DNA of 62,079 nt, the filler included. It is 7 parts of 7 records of this genome, joined end to end, with 100 filler letters (N's around TTAATTAATTAA, not from the genome) between each part and the next. Parts side by side here need not be neighbours in the genome. Positions count along the whole stretch, not along the records: positions 56,850 to 62,079 come from SRR2962707_3016; 6 more parts are not named here. One strand, given 5' to 3'. Of this stretch, positions 61,895-62,079 are shown piece by piece; positions within the stretch are counted from its first letter, which is position 1, and each line of letters opens with the position of its first letter. The notes below the pieces were generated by a model that did no database searches, was not told the origin of the DNA, and saw nothing but the letters and a program-made list of their open reading frames with translations. The translations under genes were made by a program, and so were the position numbers.

Positions 61895-62079
61895 AAGAGA
61901 GGGGGGGGGGGAGGGAGAGAGCCGGGCGCTTGCTTTGGTTCGACTTGTGAGCGCGTGCGTTCGTGCGTGCGTGCGTGAACGAGTGGGTGTGAGTGAGTGA
62001 GTGAGTAAGTGAGGGCATGCGTTGGGGCTGGGCTTGGGCAAAGGTTTGGGTGGGGTGGGGTGGGGGTGGGGGGGGGGGG
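61895..62079. repeat. Low-complexity tract (poly-G, GCGT, GAGT, GGGGT) at window end
   Basis: Read directly: gcgtgcgtgcgt, gagtgagtgagtgagt, ggggtggggtgggggtgggg. Confidence 0.8.

Noticed and set aside
62025-62079. Telomere or gene-sized chromosome end
   Set aside because: The G-rich tract is irregular, and other contig ends carry different simple repeats, so no common telomeric unit exists.

Overview
This window is not one locus. It holds seven assembly contigs joined by artificial 100-bp linkers (44 N + TTAATTAATTAA + 44 N). Six contigs (1-13938, 14039-24672, 24773-33669, 33770-39500, 50395-56749, 56850-62079) come from an intron-rich eukaryote, probably a flagellated protist. A stramenopile-like lineage is my inference only. 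Each of these contigs carries one convergent gene pair: (1) a ~3000-aa LRR/IQ/SFI1-like/MORN/dynein-stalk-like/ankyrin protein and a TTLL tubulin glutamylase; (2) a Cys-repeat multipass membrane protein with Vps62-like, ubiquitin-like and Zn-finger modules, and a secreted beta-helix protein; (3) a family III CoA-transferase and a tenascin-type EGF array; (4) a GPR155/LYCHOS homolog and a partial unknown gene; (5) a coiled-coil/PX protein and a TIM21-thioredoxin-fold fusion; (6) CDIN1 and the ribonucleotide reductase large subunit. One contig (39601-50294) is gammaproteobacterial and Marinobacter-like: sufCDSATE, flgT, flgP-like, TraF-family, cca, folM and a partial thiolase. The strongest unexplained signal is in the eukaryotic introns. 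About 30 of the ~70 introns I modelled by hand are phase 2 and sit one base before a Tyr codon (AG|N-TAY). The exon start often repeats the intron start (gtac...ag|GTAC), which resembles a fossil target-site duplication. All gene models are manual, with no transcript or database support.
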